Part shown: positions 36,934 to 48,790 of the stretch, in pieces
How the letters are laid out: each line of letters begins with the position of its first letter
Position numbering within the stretch: position 1 is the first letter of the stretch
From: Cenococcum geophilum
Taxonomy: Eukaryota
Direction of reading: 5' to 3'
Assembly (NCBI GenBank): GCA_050273025.1
Contig: CP158636.1
Span: 5,332,001-5,396,000, forward strand
Length of the DNA: 64,000 nt
Translations under genes and position numbers: made by a program
The notes under the pieces: generated by a model
What the model was told of the DNA's origin: nothing
Database searches by the model: none
What the model saw: only the letters and a program-made list of their open reading frames with translations

Positions 36934-37947
36934 ATGCCTCTCTCAGCAGACGAGCAGGTCGTGCAGACGAGCAAAGACGTCGTCGCCACACTCCAAGCCA
37001 TCGCAGGCCCGCATCCTGGATTACGCCCAGGTACCACCTCCAGCCCTTCCTCCCCTCCCAGCAGCTGGTATCAGCTCCACTAACGCAACTCTCCAGTCCA
37101 CGCCCGCGGCGTCCTCCTCAGCGGTACCTTCACGCCCACGCCCACGGCCGCCTCTCTCAGCAGCGCTCAACACCTCAACAGCCCCTCGACCCCGATCACG
37201 GTGCGCTTCTCCAGCTCGACCGGCATCCCAGACATCCCGGACACGGACCCGCAAGCCAACCCGCGCGGCATCGCGATCCGCTTCAACCTCAGCGGACGCA
37301 AGCACACGGACGTGATCGCGCACTCGACGCCCTTCTTCCCGACGCGCACGGGGGAGGAGTTCCTGGCGTTCCTGCGCGCGGCCGGCGCGTCGCAGGGCGC
37401 GACCGAGCACCCGACGCCCGTCGAGCAGTTCCTGGGGCAGCACCCGGAGACGGTGGCGTTCCTGAGCGCGCCGAAGCCGTCGCCCGCCAGCTTCGCGCGC
37501 GAGAAGTACTGGGGCGTCACGGCGCTCAAGTTCGTCAAGGAGGGGGCGGCCGAGACGTATTTCCGCTACCAGGTCGAGCCGGTGGCCGGCGTCGAGGCGC
37601 TGGATGAGGCGGCGCTGAAGGAGAAGTCGGCTGATTACCTCTATGCGGAGCTGTCGAAGCGCGTGGAGGCCGGGCCGGTGGAGTTTAAGCTGATGGCGCA
37701 GCTGGCGGAGGAAGGGGATGTTGTTGATAATGCTACGGTGCATTGGCCGGAGAGCAGGAAGGTTGTGGAGCTGGGAACGGTTAAGGTGGAGGCCTTGGTC
37801 GATGAGGCCGAGCAGGCGCCCGAGCAGAAGAAGATTATCTTTGATCCCATTCCGAGAGTTGAGGGCATTGAGCCCAGTGCGGATCCGCTGCTGGATGTGA
37901 GAGCGTCGGTGTATTTGGTTAGTGGGAGGGAGAGGAGAGCGGCGTGA
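36934..37947 (+). CDS. Catalase-related peroxidase (SrpA-like small catalase-domain protein), intron 37031-37096
   Basis: HPGLRP/VHARG distal His motif, VRFSS..G.P..PD, PRGIAIRF, FDPIPRVEGIEPSADPLLDVRASVY (proximal Tyr). Confidence 0.9.
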
Positions 37948-38455
37948 GGCTGATATGCTTGATGTGAGTGGACCTATTTAGTATGTGAGAGAATGGAACA
38001 ATATTTCGAGATAACTGAGGCTGCTGAGAAGCTCATTGTTTGCTGCGGAAGTGACCTTGCTGTTGATGAACATTTTACCAGTTTTCAAGGTATTTAGGAA
38101 GACTGTGTTCATTCTCTAGCCCGTTCCTACGACGGCTAAATGGTGTGATAGTCTGCCTTAGGGGAGTGCGGCCAAGTGCTAATGGAAGTAACGTAAAGGA
38201 AGCGCGAGGCCTGTGTTGATACCTCTGGACTAGGGCACTCAAGTCCTTCAGTTGCGGGCAGTCGACGATACCCGATTTCGAGCGCAGTGTCTGTCAGCAA
38301 TTTCTGTACCTGGTCAGAAAAGGCAAGCACTTTGTAATACTCTCATCCATTTGCCGCAGTCTGTCATAATTATAGTATCTAGGCGTTCTTACATTATCGA
38401 CTTGAATGTCTGCCAGACTGCTTCAGTACTTATGGTAGCGATCATGGGATGACTT

Positions 38456-39035
38456 CTAGAGCTTTGATTTCAAAAAAGCTAAACCTGAGCCCGCTGCTGC
38501 CATTGCACAACCACCAACCTGTGCCACTCCATTGACGGCAGCCAAACCGGCACCGCCTGCTCCAGCGCTTTGAAGTGTAGCGAAAACGCTTCCAGCAGCG
38601 ACGTTCCCTATGCTACCCTGGGCGCCGGCAGCAATTGTACCTTTGCATAATTAAGATGAGGTGCGGTATTTAAGAGACAAGAACTTACCTGCTCCGACAC
38701 CAGAGCTGCTGAATCCAGTAGCTAGGAGAACTGGCGCGGAAACAACAGTAGGCGCCACGAGGACGATCAAGCCCGCAGTCCCAATACAAGCGCCAACAGC
38801 AACACCGGGGTTCTTTCCGGCAAAGCTAACGGCCTATGATCTGGTGTTAGTAGTTGTCGTCTCTAGATAGCCAGAGTATGATGAAACGTACCGCATTAGC
38901 CGCCTTTGGCACTTGTTCCACTGTAAACGTCTTTGCTTGGGCACCGGCAACAATAGCACGCTCCGGAACATATTCGCGGGCTGCGGATAAGCCTCCAAGA
39001 ACTGTTCGCCAGGCAGCTTTTGTAGAATGACTCAT
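38456..39035 (-). CDS. IFI6/IFI27-like small Gly/Ala-rich membrane protein, 3 exons
   Basis: Spliced product contains APVLLATGFSSSGVGA/GTIAAGAQGSIGNVAAGSVFATLQSAGAGG, matching the IFI27/ISG12 motif; ends ..LKSKL*. Confidence 0.75.
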
Positions 39036-40117
39036 CTTTAGATTTTCGCAAAGAGGTTGCTACGAGAAGAGGATATGCAGGTAAATGCTCGCTCAAGAGT
39101 TGCGATAAGGACTGTGTGCTGAGAGTATGTAGAATCCAATGTCGCCTGAAAGTTATCTCGGGTGCCTCAGCCGCTTCGCGAGGAATTTGTGGCGGTTGCA
39201 TAACTCAGCACCCTGCAACCCTCCCAATTCCTCTGCGAAGCGTCTGAGAGCTTATGGGCGCGTGTTTGGTGCAACTCGTATGCCATCTCCAACGCGTGTC
39301 AAATTAAAATAGCTATACCAGGGCCAATTCAGCAGCTATTGCTACAGTTCGCGATGCATTTACATTACAACCTCTCCTACTAATATATTATAATTAATTA
39401 AACTAGCTAACTAACGTATTAGGGGGCAAAGTATAGCCTTAAAGTTTAAAGACGCGTTTTTAAACCTGTATTTACCTAACCAGCTATATTGGAACCTTAA
39501 TCGCATTTTACCACCATCCCTTCGTGCGGCAGAAGTCATTTTTCGTATTGGGCGTTTTTGGCGCTTTTGCTCGGGTTAGCATGCTGCAGGCACCCTAGCT
39601 AGCGCGATTTAACTAGCAAGCCCCACCAAACACGTCGATATTGCGATGCCGACAAAATGCTGCAGAAGGCCACCACTAAAAACACCAATACATATATTTT
39701 TTTAAGGAAGTTAAGCAAAAAGTCGTGATATATAACGTTATGTCTATAGGTTTCTACCCTCCCTCCATTAACCAGCCGCTAATTATATAGGAAAACCCTC
39801 CATTAAAGTCCACCAAATTATTACCACCTATACGCTTTATACACGTTCTTAACATTAATAAGGATAAGCCGGTAAAGAACCAGCTCAAGGTTATAAGGGA
39901 GGACGTGCAGTATATATTAAATAAGATATATTAAGTACTACAGGTTATTAAACGGTTTAGTTAGCGGTTATTTAGCATAAAGGATCAATTAAAGGCGGTA
40001 GAGAAGGACTTAAAGGAGGCTAAGCAGGACGCTGCACTAAAGGCTCAATTAGCTTTAGAGTCTTAATATTAGGGGCGTAAGGAAGTAAAGGGCTTAAAAT
40101 AGTCACCTAGTTATTGC

Positions 40118-43100
40118 CTACTAAGTAGAAGTTATTAAAGCACCAAAGGCATAGAGGAAGCCTATAAACCTCACACTTATATACTATTCGCCTTATCTTT
40201 ATTATAAGCTTCTTTACCTCCTTCTATCTACACATCTAGCACCTTAGTAGGCCCTTATAACCTTACTTCTTTATAAATCTTTTAATAGAACAGTAAGTCC
40301 GCGTCTTACACCGTCAAATTATAGGTAGTAGTGTTTTAGCAGTAACGTAGGTAGTTTTTCAATTTATTCTAATATTTCTATAGCCAGGCCCAATACCAGG
40401 TTAATATTGCCCGTATTTTAGTAAGCCCTAACAAAAAAGACGCTTAGTATCTTGCTCATTTAGGCCCATCTACCAACTACCCATAATAATAAGATTCCAT
40501 ACCAATCGTATACGGAAACGGCGGTGGTTTTAAAGGAAGGGCCTACTTAACATTCGGAAGATCTTCTTACTAATAATATAGGCGTTAATTATAGCTATAT
40601 TAAGCGCCTAGAAAAATAAGGGCAGCTAAGTACATATAGTAGTAATCTAGGTGGTATAGTAGCTTCAAAGCTAATTATAAATATTAACGCCGCCTATCTA
40701 GTTATTATAGTCAATAGAGACCCTAGGAAGCGTCAACTTCTTAACTAAATTATTACCCCAAACGTTAGCTACCAGCTTCTTAAGGAAGGAATTAGTAGAT
40801 TCTTTGATTAACGTCTGATACGGATCCTATCTAGGCCCACGCAGACTACTCCGTACACAAGGGGAAAGTAATATTGACAGGAAAAACCCCTTGCTATTGG
40901 GGGGAGGAAAAACCCTATGAGCCACCTCAGTAGGATGAAAAACCCCGAATTGCCATGCCTGCACGAGCAGCGGCCCTGCGGGCCTACAGCTTGTCCTCCT
41001 CCTTGGATGTTTCGAACTCCTTGGGAACCACTGCTTCCTTCTCTGGCTTATCCAAAGCTAGGGTTCACTACGTCCTAGCTAGGCCTTGCCGATCGATTGC
41101 TGTGTGCTTGTAGTTGTGCCCCATATCTTGACCACCCCTGTATGCTGTCTCTTGTTGACCATTGCCATATACGCCATGCCTCCCCCCCCCCTAAGGCCTA
41201 TCGAAGGCGTAAGGGGGATTCATCCGATCTACTATCCTAAAACTGAAAGATAAAAGCGGGATGTGTGTGTGTGTGTATCTGGGTATCTTTTGTGCCTAGG
41301 CCCCAGTCACTAGGCCCTCTCTAAGGGCACCACTCCGTCGAGAGGAGACAAGGAAAACCGTACGGGGTTATCCAGCTGCCGCTTTCAGTAGTATTATAGC
41401 AGTACGGCGAGTGACCGCATGCTCCGCGGGCGATCGCCCTGGGGGTTGGGAGGGGCCGTATATTTGCTCGTTCGTTCGTTCGTTCGCGTTTGCTTGTTCG
41501 TCGATGTGAGGTCGTCGATGCTTTCCACTGGGGGACGGGGGGTGATATCGAATACTGTGCATCCATGTTGGATCGTACAGGTGCCCTGGATAGGAGAATG
41601 TAGTAGTCGTCGTACTGTAGAGAGCCAACAGTAGTGGTTTTCAAGATCTCACCATCTGAAAATTTTTCACCACCGCCCTCAACGCCTACAACCACCACAG
41701 GTCCTGTCCGCACGCTGTGCGACGTCTCTGCGTTGGCTCTGGATCTGAACTTCGAAGACCAGGTTCGTAGCCGTCACCACGTACAGGTGCAGAGTCCGAT
41801 TTCGACGGCCAAGGAAGGAATTATATACCTATAGTTAACGCCAATTAACCTTATTAACGTCTTTATTACTATATAAGTAAGCTATCATTAAAAACCGTAC
41901 TAAATTCTTATCCTACTATACAATTAAAAGCACTTAATTAATTACGCCGACGACTGTTCCCATAATAAAATTAAACAGTAACCTCTCCTTTATTTTATTA
42001 ACCCTTTTATACACCTCTAGATAGCCCTTTAAGTTTAATTAAGCCATCCCAGCTACAGCAATTCCAAGTTATTAAAGCACCTAGAGTAACAGAATATTTA
42101 TAAAGTAGTTATCTAAAAATAGGCAAAATTAATGAGCCTAAAGAGGAAGCTATTAGGTAAGGTAAAGGACGCACTCAAAGGTATTTAAGAGAACGATATC
42201 TTAATAATCTATTTAAGAAGGAAGCCTAAAAAAGCAGCCAGGTAAGGTAAACATAAAGCTATAATAATATCCATATTAACAAAGGCTCATTATCTTAAAG
42301 CCCTCAGGTATTAGCTTACTAGGCAATTTAATTATAGCTATAGATCGTCTAGTAAACCTTACTATTATCTCATTAAAGCTAACCATAGATCTAGGTATAA
42401 TGTACTTTCTAAACGCCTCGCCCAAAGAAGTTATTAACGGCTTAATTTTCTCAAAGACCTAACGTTTAACGCCCTCTAGTAAAGGTAGTAAGACATAGAA
42501 GAAGCGCTTAAGTTACTCCCATCTTTTTTAACCCATAAATAAGCTAATTAAGTATTTAGAATATTTAGGATCTATAGCCCAAAGGTCTCGCACCTAAGTG
42601 CCTTTAAAGACGCCTATATAGATAATAAGCCCTACCTAAATCATTAATTCGCCAGCAAAGGTCTCCTTCCACATCCGTAATTATTTACCCGTATACTATC
42701 CTAATTAGTAATATCCGCCAGCATTTTAAGACGCTGCATATAGGTTTATATTAACAGCGAGCCTCTCAAATATACTAATACTAAAGAATAGTAGAAATAC
42801 TCAAATCGGCAGGTCCTATCTAGATCTACATCCACCAGACGTTATACTAATCTAATCTACCAGTGTACAGTAAGCAGAGCGCTTATCCTTAACTTAATTA
42901 GAAAGATCATTAGATTTATCGCCCACGTTAAAGCCACTAATAGGCTCACTAGCACGCTAAGCGGCGAATATTAAATTATCTGGAAGGTTAATAACTTCAA
43001 GATCTAGTTCAGGAACGGCAGCCATAGGCTCCCATATAGTAGGAACAGTAGAAAGGCCCATTCTTATAACTTCTTTAGCTAATAGCTCTAGTAATTCAGC

Positions 43101-43460
43101 CTTATCTACCTTATCTGCCTTATCCTTAGCAGTCTTACCACAGGCCTTAAAAATAGCTCCTACTTCGTCCTTAATATCCTCCATCTTAGTACTCGGCCGA
43201 GCCTCCTCTAGAATATCCTTACTTAGCGCCGCCACCTACTACACAAGTACTAGAGCCGCTAAAGCCTCTAAAGGCTGTATAACTACTTCCGCTAGGCTAT
43301 CATATGTATACTGCGTTGCTTAAAAGGATTGTAAATAAGATTCCCATGCTTAAGGTGCTTTTAGAGGCTTTGGAGGCTTTGTAGGCCTTAGAGCTTTTGA
43401 AGCTTTTAGGGCCTTAGGAGGCTTCGGAGCTGAAGACGCACGACATTTTCTGGGCGGCAT
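40118..43460 (-). pseudogene. piggyBac transposase pseudogene interrupted at 40816-41810
   Basis: MPPRK start at 43460; decayed motifs SMVSFNEIIVRFTRRS, KLPSKLIPEGFK, LFLDNYF, DKNLV, then after the insertion IDYNN*IGGVNI, *LPLFF*ALN..IINAY and a C-terminal CEV(C)RLPLCL.CF..F(H). Confidence 0.88.
40816..41810 (-). mobile_element. Non-RIPed ~1-kb insert, probably the 3' end of an LTR retrotransposon (PPT 41177-41193, putative LTR 40816-41176)
   Basis: Abrupt shift to balanced base composition inside the RIPed transposase; on the minus strand AGGGGGGGGGGAGGCA precedes a 361-bp TG...ATCA segment. No second LTR or pol motifs seen. Confidence 0.5.
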
Positions 43461-43738
43461 AAGGACGATATCTTACTGAGGGTTTAATTAAATAGGCAGC
43501 AATAATATTAAAGCTTTTTGATCAACTATACTACTAAATATTCTATACAGGCTTCCTAGCCACGTCGCTGCTACTCACCGCAATATTCGAGCAGGCGCGG
43601 ATGGGGCGCCTATACCCCTACTGCCGAGCAATCGCACTGACCAAGGCTTCAACACCAAGCTATATACGGTATAGAACCTTTAGATTGGCTTGAGAGGCTT
43701 GCATATACGAAAAGTGCAAGAAACGGTTACCTCACTAT

Positions 43739-43831
43739 GGGATAACTTATTTTTCCCTAAGATTGGATAAGCTACTTCTTATTATAGCTAAAAAGTAGCT
43801 TACCTAATCTTAGGGAAAAATAAGTTTTCCC
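43739..43831. repeat. 93-bp near-perfect hairpin
   Basis: Arms AACTTATTTTTCCCTAAGATT(GGA/AGG)TAAGCTACTT at 43744-43777 and 43793-43826, extending to GGGA/TCCC. Confidence 0.9.
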
Positions 43832-44290
43832 TTAAACCCTGAGAGAGAAATTGCCTCGCACATGCTCTAATTGGCTAGATCGCTTGCGCATGGTATCTTC
43901 CTTGGCAGAATTTTATGACAGACTTGCATAATATTCATAAAGTGAGAGGTGAATTCCTTAACGAGGGTCTGGGGCATCTGAGATAACCTGAAAGCCTGAA
44001 AGGCCTCAGGCATTATCACGTGAATCATGTGTCACCAAATGAGACAATCTAATTTGCAAGTCCAACCGAAGATCGAACTCTGCCGCCATGCCTTACCAAG
44101 ATGTAATTCACACCTACCTCTATTTCTGACGTGACCTTAAGCGGTTTTCAAGTCCGCGGCCCAAATTTCGCCAAGACAGAAGGTAATGGAACTGGCAGAC
44201 TCTCTCCATGTCCTTGATGGACTCTCCAATGGCTAACGTCGGTGAGTTGTCGGTGCTAACTAGTTCACCGGTTTATTCTCCAGGCTGCAC

Positions 44291-44335
44291 AGTCCTGTTT
44301 AATCATAGTCCTGTTTAATCATAGTCCTGTTTAAT
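44291..44335 (+). repeat. 16-bp tandem repeat AGTCCTGTTTAATCAT x2.8
   Basis: Direct reading of the sequence. Confidence 0.9.
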
Positions 44336-47300
44336 TTATCACTCCGGCAAGGACCATGCGTGCAGTATCCCAGCCGCAGTGGATTTAGCGTGGCGAACGA
44401 CGGGCAAGTCTCGGAGACTTCGGTACTTTGGTACATGTCAAATGACCTCTTGCGGCCTCCAAGCACGCCGGGTTCACTTAGCCTTGTGCAAGTAGGTGTT
44501 TAACATGCGCTTATCATCAAGCCTCCCGCGCTAGCAAAACTAGTTTATGTTCTGCCTACGGTTGTTTCGAAGTGTGGAAGGACACGCAGCTCGACTAGGT
44601 AGCCAGGATACTTCGCTTCCTGGCTTTCATAGCATATGGTTGGTAAGACGGTCGAAAAGCCAATATTGGATCAATCGACGGGAAGAAGGATCATATTGGA
44701 ACTGATTGATCACCTCGATCGGTGAGTATGGCGATTAATGGGCTCAAATAATTATTCAGTTGAGCGATCCCCCAGCATGATCGGCGAAGGTATTGGAATC
44801 GACCTTAGCAAGAAATTTTTTCGTATCGCTTGTGGCCTGTGCAAGCCAATAGTTCGGCTATGCAAGTAGGGCGGCGCCGTTGAACTAGCAAGGGTGGGTG
44901 GAGGGGTACAGAACAAGACTCGGTATGTGGAGAGCAAAAGCGTCGGGAGTGCACAGGCTACCGAAGCAGTTGACGGGCCTGAGGCGCACGGCTGGGCCTG
45001 AGGCGTTTGCCTGGACCTGGGGTACTGTGATAATTGCTTTTGTTGCTGCTTCAACAACGACGAAATTGCTCTGTTAAAACCAGGAATTCGCTGGTATGCA
45101 ATGCATCGCAGCATGTTTGCCACTTTCGATCGGTTCATGCAGGGGATGTGGCCCGTGCGTCACTTTTCTCCTATCATGGGCTTTCTGATCTCTGCGGATG
45201 CTGGCGGAATAGGTTCGGAGCGTTGGAGACGAGGGAACGGAAAGTAGATCGTCCTTCTGTAACCACGGCTCGCTCAGCTAACCCGCTCAGCATTCGGCTA
45301 TTCCGATGCCTGTTTGATATGGGCATGGATAATGCAATTATTTACTTGACTCAGTCTCATGCTTTAACGTCTCGGGCCAGTCAAGCCTATTGATCCTACC
45401 ATACGTGTGGAGGCGCTCCAATGGGGCTGCAGAACACCACATGGAGTTGGGCTAAGGCCTCATAATGTCAGTGTTTCTTTTCATGCTATTGATTGCAAAA
45501 AGCTTGAGGGAGTAAAGCTGGCTGAGTCTGTTGCGTATTGATCCCGTTGCACTAATCGCTGCAGTTGACCGCCATTTTGAAGGCAGAAGCAGAGATACTC
45601 ACCAGAACCGAGGGTAGAGAGCCTAGGGTGTGCCGTGAGTACTTTTATGGCCCTTTTTGCTAGCGATGTATTTACAAACATGGATGAGAATACGTCCCTT
45701 TTATCGGATTTAGTAACCTCTCGACGGGCCGGCATAAAAGACCAATTACATTCCGCAGCAGAGCTTTGCTGACGGCAGGGCTTTTCAGGTACCGGGGCGG
45801 CCCATCACTGAAGTCGCATTGATATTTTCTTTGAAAAGACAAGGTCAAGTAGATCAAAATGTCGGCCATCGATGACTATAAGGAACAATATCGCTGTTCA
45901 CCTGCCGATTTAGGACCAGTGCTTATCGTCTTGAAACATGGTTGTCACAAGCTAGGAAGTGAGGATTCCTTTCAGTGGCTTCCGCTAGTACCAACCCATT
46001 GGTCGCTGGTTGGTTTTGTCTTGGGTTTATCCGGTGTGCAGTTAGATGATAGACAGGGAAGCTCAAGACGGTTGTCTGCCGATTGGAGGCTTTGGGGTTG
46101 CATCCATGTATTTGCCTATGGTGATCAGTATTCTGTTTGGTCCGCGGGGAAGGTGTGTGGAAGCCGGTAGACTGTTCTGGTCTTCTCAGCCCTTGGTCGC
46201 GGATGGGATCAGTTCCAGAAAAAAACGGACATCCGGGCACATGAGACTGGCGAGGGTGGATCAGCGGGGATAAATGCGTGTATCTTGCAGAGCCCCCACG
46301 GCTATCAGTTCGACGTTATGCATCTAGAGAGTGGTGTAGGTTGTGAGGAAGGAACTTCCACAGCTACGGATGATGTCGTGCGCATGTGGTTGAATGCTCA
46401 CTAGTCACATTCACTCGAGCTGATCAAACGAAACTGTATCAACTCAGGGAGCGCTGAAGGACGAAGAGACAATTCAAGGCAGCTGAGTGGCTGGGTAGTT
46501 GGGCACCGTGAAGCGCGCTCTCGATCAATGAGTTGCACCCGAGATTCGATCGCGTTGGGGAAATTAAGAGTGAGTGTCGTCAATGGACATGTCTCACAGA
46601 TCTAACCAATTTACGAGGAGCGCCCGGCCATTAATTTTTCTCAGCCTTGTCTAGAGCTTTTTGCCGGGATAGGCCAGTTCATGCGGCAGGCAACACGCTG
46701 AGCACTGGGGAGAGCCTCCCATGAAGCGCGGCTCCTCGTCGCTGGCGTTTAATTCCGAGTACGCCATTATAGAGATTTTGCAATCTTTGTAAACTTCGTA
46801 TAGTCGCTCAATCTTGAAGTTAAAGCCGTCGATTGAGCCTTGGGAGCCGTTCGGTTGCAACCTCCATATTTGGTATGGAGGCCCATATTGTAACCGATAT
46901 AGGGCTCAAATCTGAATATGAGGTGGTTGTTCGGTAGATCTAACGACTTTTGAATCTGAAGCTCCTCCATATCGGTAAGCGCGCAAGTTTGCAAGCTATA
47001 TATAGCTTCGAGCTCCGATTCTATATTCTATATCAATCTAGAGCTCTCATATACGCACCAAAGTGACGACTTCTCATAATATGACGACTCCACACGCCCT
47101 AACCGCGATGTCGCTGTCGTATTTGTAAGCCTTATATAATATCATTATCTTAGCCTTCGTGATCGCGACAAGCTTATTTTCAGGGCATCGCGGGCGTCAC
47201 TGTAACTCTATCATGGCTCGTACGGGAGGTGGGCGAAGGCGTAGAAAATATCGGTCGCAGAGAGGGCGTTGGCCAAGGAGGAGGCTCTATTACTACACCA

Positions 47301-48720
47301 AAGAAGGGAGTCGCGATAGAGGCCTGGTGGCAGAGAGGGGCTCACTCGAAACAGGCGACACTAAAAGGCGCACAGATTGAACAGATTATGATGTGGAGGC
47401 AATTTAATCAACACTACGACGGTTTCAGGCAAAAGTATTGTACATTGTCGGCGCGTTGTAGGTTCCTTGCAGAGCATTTTTACACCAATAAGAAAGCCGG
47501 GTTGCATAGAAACATGAACCTTCTTAATTTTCCTCCTTTTTTATTTGCCGCAAAAGTGTATTAAAAACAAGCCACAAGCCACCCAACCCCCTGCAATGCA
47601 CCGACAATGTACAATACTTTCGACGGATACCATAGTAAGTGACTTGCATACACCCTGGCTTGTAGATGCGTATAAAATCGTTCATAAAAAGTCTCTCTAC
47701 AGGGGATCCCTACACATGCATAACGCAGGGTTAAAATACTTTGTAAAATAAGACAGTATTTTAACACTGCGTTACCTCGTTTATACACTTATATCAGGTA
47801 AAGTTGCTTAGTAATCGTTGCGATCGATCGAGCCGTGACGTAGTTGTGGAGACGCAGCTCCTTACTGCCCTCATTTTCCTCACGATCGGATCACCTATAT
47901 CACAACTTTTGGAGGCAGTATATAGTGGTGATCAAGGCGTGATCCTGGGGCAGCGGCTCTCGCAGAGGCTCAGAAGGAGGTGATCACAATAAGGAGGCTC
48001 AGTGATAGATAAAAGGATAAGAAGCTGAGCAGGCTGCAAATCACCACAAGGAGCTCGACATAAGATAGGCTCATTATACGATTTTGAAACCTCGGAAAAT
48101 ACAAGGTTCGGCGTCAGCTCGTGCAGAAAGCTCAGAGCCTCTCGCCCAAATCAGCATCCTCTAAACCGTATTCGAACTCCTTGCAGGCCTCCTAAAATTA
48201 GCTCCAATTGGTGTGAAATCAATTTATTAGGACGTTGTTAGGGCGCACCACCAAAGCTTCATCTGTAGGCCACTAGGGCTCCTTTTTCTTCTTCAGAGCA
48301 TTTCCTGAATCTTCTTAGCAAATTATTCGTGCGATGCCGTCTGAAGCAAAAGAGGGGCGGGACGGAAGGCCCTGCAACAACCTTTCGGGGCCTTTTGGCA
48401 CGGAAAGACGGGGCGTGACGCCTCCTCACGCCCAGACTGCATGCGGCGAGTAGAGCAGTATGTAGCCGGTGAGGTGGTTAGCCTCGTGTTCGTGCGCTGC
48501 GGTAGGGAGACCTTGCGAAACTCTCCCTGGAACGGGAGAGCAGAATATCGCTAATCAGCGCTGAAGGAATAATCGATTTATCCAGCTGATCAAGGCAATC
48601 CACCCGTAGAACACATTCCATGGCTCTATGATGGTAGAGCACGAATATATGACGCACGTAAATGACGGGTCAAATCGTCATCACTACTACTATGATATGT
48701 GAGCAAAAAGATAATTGGGT

Positions 48721-48790
48721 ATCATCCGATTGGTTCTATTGGCTTTGCCCTTATCGATAACCGTAGGACTAATTTTACCAGGCGAAGGGA
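48721..48790 (-). mobile_element. Solo piggyBac-like terminus
   Basis: Reverse complement TCCCTTCGCC..GTCCTACGGTTATCGATAAGGGC..CCAATAGAA matches the end blocks at 8292 and 8706; followed by TA on +. Confidence 0.7.

Larger units (their letters stand above)
39517..43460 (-). mobile_element. Second piggyBac-type element, RIP-degraded (other terminus not located)
   Basis: Terminus TCCCTTCGTGCGG at 39517 resembles the TIR at 9067; very TpA-rich; contains a transposase relic. Confidence 0.75.

Noticed and set aside
37021..37743. 240-aa antisense ORF over the catalase-related gene, and similar shadow ORFs over other genes
   Set aside because: Expected from high GC3 or low-complexity codons on the coding strand; no domain-like features.
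40807..41861. Mutator element with 9-bp TSD ATTAACGTC
   Set aside because: No TIRs inside the repeats, and the second copy lies ~40 bp within RIPed transposase sequence rather than at the compositional boundary.
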